60,167 nt of DNA from Patescibacteria group bacterium UBA6532 (lineage in GTDB: Bacteria > Patescibacteriota > Minisyncoccia > Minisyncoccales > UBA6532), in the NCBI GenBank assembly GCA_002434805.1, contig DJKW01000001.1, forward strand, positions 87,985-148,151, read 5' to 3'. Both the position numbers and the translations under genes were made by a program. Within the stretch, counting starts at the first letter, position 1. Every line of letters starts with the position of its first letter. The notes beneath the pieces were generated by a model that was not told the DNA's origin, made no database searches, and was given only the letters and a program-made list of their open reading frames with translations. Positions 55,453-60,167 of this stretch are shown in pieces.

Positions 55453-56328
55453 TTATAGCACCTGCCTAAAAATTTGCAAATAATTTAATTGAATTCCATC
55501 GCTAATTATTTTTATATCCCCCATCAAATCTGTCCTCAAAACCTTAATGCCAGATACATTATCTAAAGTTTCCTGGTGAGGGTGATCAAATTTATTATCT
55601 TTACCAACTGAAATGACAACAATCTCCGGCGAGACAGCTTCAATAAACTCTTTGGCGCTGGAGGTTTTGCTGCCGTGATGCCCGGCTTTAAGAATATCAG
55701 AATCAATATTAATTTCAGCTTTAATGAGTTTTCTCTCCACTGATTTTATAGCATCACCGGTAAATAAAAATGAATTTTCCCCAAAGACCAAACGAGCAAC
55801 TATGGAAGTATTATTGCTATTCTTGCTTTCTTGGCCCTCTAAACTCTCAAATGGATAAAAAATATCTATATTTGAGTTCAATAGCGTTATTCTTTGGCCA
55901 GCCCGAGCAATTTTTATTTCAGCTCCCTCATTCTCAATAACTTCCAGCCATTCTCGGTATTCAGCCGTATCCCGAACAACTCCGGTCCAGAGAATATTAT
56001 CTACTTTATATCTCTTTAAAACTTCAATTAACCCGGCCATATGATCGTGCTCTGGATGAGTTAAAATAACGAGATCAATAGATCTGTCCCAAAAAGGCAT
56101 TTCCTTTCCTAGTTTCTCTAAAATAGTTGAATCTGGCCCTCCGTCAATTAAAATTTGCTCTTTATTGGGAGTTTCAATAAAAATGCTGTCTCCCTGGCCA
56201 ATATAAAAAAAGTTAACTTCAAGAAACTTGGACTGGCTTAAATTAAAAACAGCCGACCAAGCTAAGATATTAAGAAAAAAGAGAAAAGTCAAAGCTCCTA
56301 GAATAAAATTTTTGATATTCTTCCTCAT
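55453..56328 (-). CDS. stand-alone ComEC-type metallo-beta-lactamase-fold nuclease with an N-terminal anchor
   Basis: IGQGDS, LIDGG, THPEHDHMAG, FTGDA, GHHGSKTSS, HPHQE, RTD..G. Confidence 0.92.
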   Translation of the reverse strand: MRKNIKNFILGALTFLFFLNILAWSAVFNLSQSKFLEVNFFYIGQGDSIFIETPNKEQILIDGGPDSTILEKLGKEMPFWDRSIDLVILTHPEHDHMAGLIEVLKRYKVDNILWTGVVRDTAEYREWLEVIENEGAEIKIARAGQRITLLNSNIDIFYPFESLEGQESKNSNNTSIVARLVFGENSFLFTGDAIKSVERKLIKAEINIDSDILKAGHHGSKTSSAKEFIEAVSPEIVVISVGKDNKFDHPHQETLDNVSGIKVLRTDLMGDIKIISDGIQLNYLQIFRQVL

Positions 56329-56426
56329 GGTTACTTCTTTAGCATATCAGGAAAATAAAAAAGCTCAAAAAATACAAATCTTGACAGAATCAAATTAAAA
56401 ATTAATATAAATAAAGAGGAATATAA

Positions 56427-56762
56427 ATGGAACTTTTAAAAATACAAAAGGAAATCTTGATGCATCTTCTACGTTCTCACATAGAAAACAAATCAGGATA
56501 TCAGGAAGAAAGATCGCTAGAAAAAGAAATTAGAGAATTAAGGATAGCCAGAAGATTATTTATTAAACTATTCCAAGAATTAAAACTGCCAAAGTTATAT
56601 GAGAAAGAATATCTATCAATGGGTCTACTGGACTTTGTATCAGATGAATATCTTGAAGGGATAGCGACAGGTAAGATAGGTACTCATTCGGAATTGTATT
56701 ATAGAGCAAAATATTTTTGGAAGAATAGATCAAAATATCAAGGTCTTATTAAAGATCTTTAA
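56427..56762 (+). CDS. hypothetical protein (ORFan-like)
   Basis: 111-aa ORF with TTGACA-16 nt-TAATAT upstream, GAGG SD-like site and a downstream hairpin. Confidence 0.65.
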   Translation: MELLKIQKEILMHLLRSHIENKSGYQEERSLEKEIRELRIARRLFIKLFQELKLPKLYEKEYLSMGLLDFVSDEYLEGIATGKIGTHSELYYRAKYFWKNRSKYQGLIKDL

Positions 56763-56771
56763 TAAGTTTTC

Positions 56772-56807
56772 AAACAGAGTGTTTTAAATAATAAAACACT
56801 CTGTTTT
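56772..56807. terminator. 15-bp perfect inverted repeat, probable terminator of the + strand ORF
   Basis: AAACAGAGTGTTTTA-5 nt-TAAAACACTCTGTTT. Confidence 0.65.
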
Positions 56808-56818
56808 ATTTAAAACCT

Positions 56819-56844
56819 AAAAGCCGCCTTTTCGGCGACTTTTT
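56819..56844. terminator. second hairpin between the convergent genes
   Basis: AAAAGCCGCC-TTTTC-GGCGACTTTT, flanked by A and T runs. Confidence 0.55.
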
Positions 56845-56881
56845 AGTTGATTTTGAAATGTCGACATTTCAGAACTTCCTT

Positions 56882-57040
56882 CTAGGCCTTTCCCATAATT
56901 CTAAACATCTTTGTACTGCACTTTGGGCAGGTTCCAGTCATGGCTCTTCTTTTTGCCCCGCCTTTTCCTTTCATGCTCACTTCTTTAGCACCTACCATTT
57001 CTCTTTTTGCTTTGCATTTTACGCAATAACCTTCAGTCAT
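56882..57040 (-). CDS. small basic zinc-ribbon protein, DUF5679-like (52 aa; not in the ORF track)
   Basis: Manual translation MTEGYCVKCKAKREMVGAKEVSMKGKGGAKRRAMTGTCPKCSTKMFRIMGKA. Confidence 0.85.
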   Translation of the reverse strand: MTEGYCVKCKAKREMVGAKEVSMKGKGGAKRRAMTGTCPKCSTKMFRIMGKA

Positions 57041-57163
57041 AGTTTAGATATTAAATATTAGCTAATAGATTAATCTATAATCGACCTTTAGGTTATAGTA
57101 TGTTTCTCCTTAAGGAGAATTCTTCACACCTTTATACTACCTTAGTTTAAGCGAAAAATCCAG

Positions 57164-57919
57164 TCAAGTATAAATTCTTAACAGCCACATTAATCCTATC
57201 CCCAGTAAAAATACTGAAAAATGGATTAAGGATCTTTTGGTGCTCACTTTTTCTTTGATCTCGGGGATTAAATCCGAAGAAGCTATATAGATAAAGTTTC
57301 CAGCGGCAAAAGGCAGTAAGAAGACAATTGACCCCTCTAATCTTTGAGATAGCAAAAACCCCACAACTCCCCCAAGAACCAAAGTAAGAGCAGATAAGAA
57401 ATTAAGAAGGAGAGCTTTTTTCTTTTCAAATCCGCCGTGAACCAAAACTCCGAAATCACCGATTTCCTGGGGAATTTCATGGATGCCCACGGCCAAAGAA
57501 GCGGCTATCCCTGTGGGTATGCTGATTATAAAGGAGCCGGCAATAATCAAACCGTCGATAAAATTATGAAAACTACCGCTAATTAGAATTAAATAAGAAA
57601 AAGGCGTCACTTTTGAATAAGTTTTGGCAGAATGGTGATGCCAATTAATAAACTGCTCTAATATAAAAAAGGTGCAAAATCCAAAAATCACGTATAAAAA
57701 TATCTTCAAAATCGCTGGCTCTTTGGCGCCGACTCCATTAATAGCTTCTGGTATCAAATGTAAAAAAGCCCCGCCGATCAAGGCGCCGGCGGAAAAAGCC
57801 ACCAGGATCAAAAGAATTTTATTAAGAAGTTTTTCTTTAAGGAACAAAGCAAAAGCACCGACTAAAGAAGTCAAAGAAATCAAGAAGGTGCTTAAAATTA
57901 TTAAAAATAAAGTTGTCAT
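57164..57919 (-). CDS. ZIP-family metal transporter
   Basis: FLHLIPEA, WHHH loop, HNFIDG, HEIPQEIGDF, AAGNFIYIA.SDLIPE. Confidence 0.94.
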   Translation of the reverse strand: MTTLFLIILSTFLISLTSLVGAFALFLKEKLLNKILLILVAFSAGALIGGAFLHLIPEAINGVGAKEPAILKIFLYVIFGFCTFFILEQFINWHHHSAKTYSKVTPFSYLILISGSFHNFIDGLIIAGSFIISIPTGIAASLAVGIHEIPQEIGDFGVLVHGGFEKKKALLLNFLSALTLVLGGVVGFLLSQRLEGSIVFLLPFAAGNFIYIASSDLIPEIKEKVSTKRSLIHFSVFLLGIGLMWLLRIYT

Positions 57920-57924
57920 TGTAT

Positions 57925-60167
57925 TTATCCCCTCTTTAGCCTTAAAGAATTTAATACTACAGATAAAGAACTAAAAACCATGGCAACGGCGGCAAAAATC
58001 GGGTTAAGAAGAATTCCAAAAAATGGATATAAGACTCCGGCGGCAACCGGGATAAAGGCAGAATTATAGAAAAATGCCCAGAATAAGTTTTGTTTAATGA
58101 TTGTTAGGGTTCTTCTGGAAAGAATGATTACCTCAGGAATTAAGGTTAGATCGCCTCTCATTAAAGTAATTTCAGCTGACTCCATGGCAATATCGGTTCC
58201 CTCTCCCATGGCAATACCCAAATCAGCTTGAGCTAGGGCAGGAGCATCGTTAATACCGTCTCCGGCCATAGCTACCAACTTTCCTTTTTTCTGGAACTCT
58301 TTCACTTTTTCCGCTTTGTCTTGAGGCAAAACTCCGGCCATTATATTTTCTATTCCCACCTGCTGGCCAATGGCTTGAGCCACTCTTTCATTGTCTCCGG
58401 TAATCATCCAGACTTCCAAGCCCTCTTTCTTTAAAGAGCTTATTGTTTTAAGTGCTTTATCTTTTAAGGTGTCGGCAATAGCCAAAAGCCCTCTTATTTT
58501 ATTATCTATAACCAATACTACCACAGTTTTTCCTTCTTTTTCTAATTTATCCATCCTTCCCTCAACATCTTCCAAAGAAACAGCCAATTCTTTTACTAAA
58601 GCTCTATTGCCCACAACTCCAAAAACTTCTCTTCCTCCTGATATTAAATATCCTTTTACTCCCTTTCCGGTAATAGCTTCAAAATTCTTTACTTCAAATA
58701 ATTCTAATTTTTTAGCTTTGGCTTCCTTAATAATTGGTTTTGCCAAATGATGCTCAGAGTACTTCTCCAAACTGGCCGCCAGCCTCAAGACATCTTCGTT
58801 TTTGTTATTAAAGGAGATGATGTCAGTTAGCTCTGGTTTACCCTTGGTTATGGTTCCTGTTTTATCAAGAATAATGGTCTTTATCTTATGGGCGATTTCC
58901 AAGCTGCCAGCGTCCTTGATTAATATTCCTTTTTGGGCCGCCTTGCCAGTAGAAACCATAATGGCTAGAGGGGTTGCCAACCCTAAAGCGCAAGGACAAG
59001 CAATAATTAATACGGCTACAAAGTTAACTAGGGCAAAGGTAAAAGCCGGGGTGGGACCAAAAAAGAACCAGACAAGAAATGTTAAAACGGCGATAACAAT
59101 GACCACTGGAACAAAATAAGAAGAAACCTTATCGGCTAATCTTTGAATGGGCGCTTTAGAGACCTGAGCCTGTTCCACCATTTTAATTATCTGGGCCAAT
59201 AAAGTCTCTTTTCCGACTTTAGTGGCTCTAAACGTCAAAACCCCTGAAAGATTTATTGTTGATCCTATAACTTTGGCGCCTTTTTCTTTAGTAACCGGCA
59301 TTGATTCTCCCGTCACCAAAGACTCGTCAACCGAAGATTTGCCGTCTAAAACTTGGCCGTCAACCGGTATTTTTTCTCCAGGTTTGACTAAAATCTTATC
59401 TCCAACCCTTACTTCTTCTATGGGAATCTCTTTTTCTTCTCCTCCTTTGATTACTCTTGCCGTTTTAGCTCCCAATTTCATCAACTTCTTAATGGCTTCG
59501 GAAACCCGTCCCTTAGCCATCATTTCAAGATATCTGCCGAATAAAATCAAAGTAATAATAAGGGCTGCTGTATCAAAATAGACTTTAGGGGTCTGGCCGG
59601 CAAATTGAAAAAATGCCGGAAAGAAAGTTACGGCCGAGCTATAAAGATAAGCAGATAAGGTTCCTATGGCAATTAAGGTATTCATGTCTGCTGTTCGATA
59701 TTTTACCAAAATTAGCAATCCCCGATAAAACTTAGACCCTATCCAAAACTGAACCGGCGTTGCCAGTAAAAACAAAGTGAAATAATTCGATAAAAACTCA
59801 GGGACAAAAGGAAGCCATTCGGGAAAACTGCCTAAAAATATAATTACTGAAAGAATTCCTCCAACTAAAACTTTTTTCTTTAAAACAGAGATCTCTTTTT
59901 CTTGCTCAATTTTTTCTAACTCTAAAACATCTTTAGCCTCAGAAGTTTCTTTTATTACCTCATATCCTGAATCATCAATAACTTTCTCAATTTGAAGATT
60001 ACTAACTTTTCCCGGATCAAAAGTAGCTTTGACTCTAGCATTGCTATAATCTACTTCGACTTTTTCAATACCAGGCAGGGTTTTTATAGCTTTTTCAACG
60101 ATCATCGCACAGTGAGGCGAATCCATGCCAACAACCTTCAAGGATAAAAATTCCTTACCCGTTGAAG
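57925..60167 (-). CDS. copA: P1B-1 Cu(I)-exporting P-type ATPase; 5' end lies beyond the window
   Basis: [22 protein letters not shown] and MxxSS motifs; frame stays open to the window edge. Confidence 0.93.
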   Translation of the reverse strand, partial: STGKEFLSLKVVGMDSPHCAMIVEKAIKTLPGIEKVEVDYSNARVKATFDPGKVSNLQIEKVIDDSGYEVIKETSEAKDVLELEKIEQEKEISVLKKKVLVGGILSVIIFLGSFPEWLPFVPEFLSNYFTLFLLATPVQFWIGSKFYRGLLILVKYRTADMNTLIAIGTLSAYLYSSAVTFFPAFFQFAGQTPKVYFDTAALIITLILFGRYLEMMAKGRVSEAIKKLMKLGAKTARVIKGGEEKEIPIEEVRVGDKILVKPGEKIPVDGQVLDGKSSVDESLVTGESMPVTKEKGAKVIGSTINLSGVLTFRATKVGKETLLAQIIKMVEQAQVSKAPIQRLADKVSSYFVPVVIVIAVLTFLVWFFFGPTPAFTFALVNFVAVLIIACPCALGLATPLAIMVSTGKAAQKGILIKDAGSLEIAHKIKTIILDKTGTITKGKPELTDIISFNNKNEDVLRLAASLEKYSEHHLAKPIIKEAKAKKLELFEVKNFEAITGKGVKGYLISGGREVFGVVGNRALVKELAVSLEDVEGRMDKLEKEGKTVVVLVIDNKIRGLLAIADTLKDKALKTISSLKKEGLEVWMITGDNERVAQAIGQQVGIENIMAGVLPQDKAEKVKEFQKKGKLVAMAGDGINDAPALAQADLGIAMGEGTDIAMESAEITLMRGDLTLIPEVIILSRRTLTIIKQNLFWAFFYNSAFIPVAAGVLYPFFGILLNPIFAAVAMVFSSLSVVLNSLRLKRG

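Noticed and set aside
56858..57061. 67-aa + strand ORF
   Set aside because: Antisense to the more convincing zinc-ribbon gene at 56882-57040.
919..59581. Numerous antisense or nested ORFs in the track (e.g. 2529-3164, 3161-3901, 41682-42311, 48105-48527)
   Set aside because: They lie opposite well-conserved genes, have shadow-like Ser/Phe/Ile-rich composition and show no motifs.
1..60167. Alternative genetic code (UGA=Gly), CRISPR array, IS or prophage, rRNA, introns or inteins
   Set aside because: holB, rplP, lepB and rpmB end correctly at TGA; I saw no repeat-spacer array, transposase, phage or rRNA sequence; conserved proteins are uninterrupted.

Overview
AT-rich, gene-dense core-genome segment of a Patescibacteria/CPR bacterium, most likely Parcubacteria. 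This is inferred from the missing uL30, divergent bS21, split ComEC, scarce Shine-Dalgarno sites, and TGA used as stop (code 11). Most genes lie on the minus strand: a tRNA cluster (fMet, Met/Ile2, Asp); gatCA, two mreB paralogs, proS, rseP, frr, holB, murA, htrA, iscU/iscS; a four-gene glycosylation block; comEC, ftsAZ, ybeY, yqeY, rpsU, hit, hisS, lepB; a nucleotide-salvage block; map-adk-secY with the full str/S10/spc cluster; thiI, ndk, a ComEC nuclease domain, ZIP and a 5'-truncated CopA. The plus strand carries pth-mfd-topA-rel-tRNA-Leu and rpmB-tRNA-Pro. Three features are absent from the ORF track: rpmC, a small zinc-ribbon (DUF5679-like) gene, and a compact 6S-like RNA with its own promoter and terminator. 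I saw no mobile element, CRISPR array or rRNA. The best leads are an amphipathic N-terminal extension on uL23, an orphan Phd-like protein with an SSB-type tail between fusA and tuf, a non-canonical initiator tRNA together with leaderless promoters, a minimal Mfd, a membrane-anchored HEPN-motif protein, a pseudoknot before rplC and the glycosylation module. All calls come from motif recognition by eye; no searches were run.
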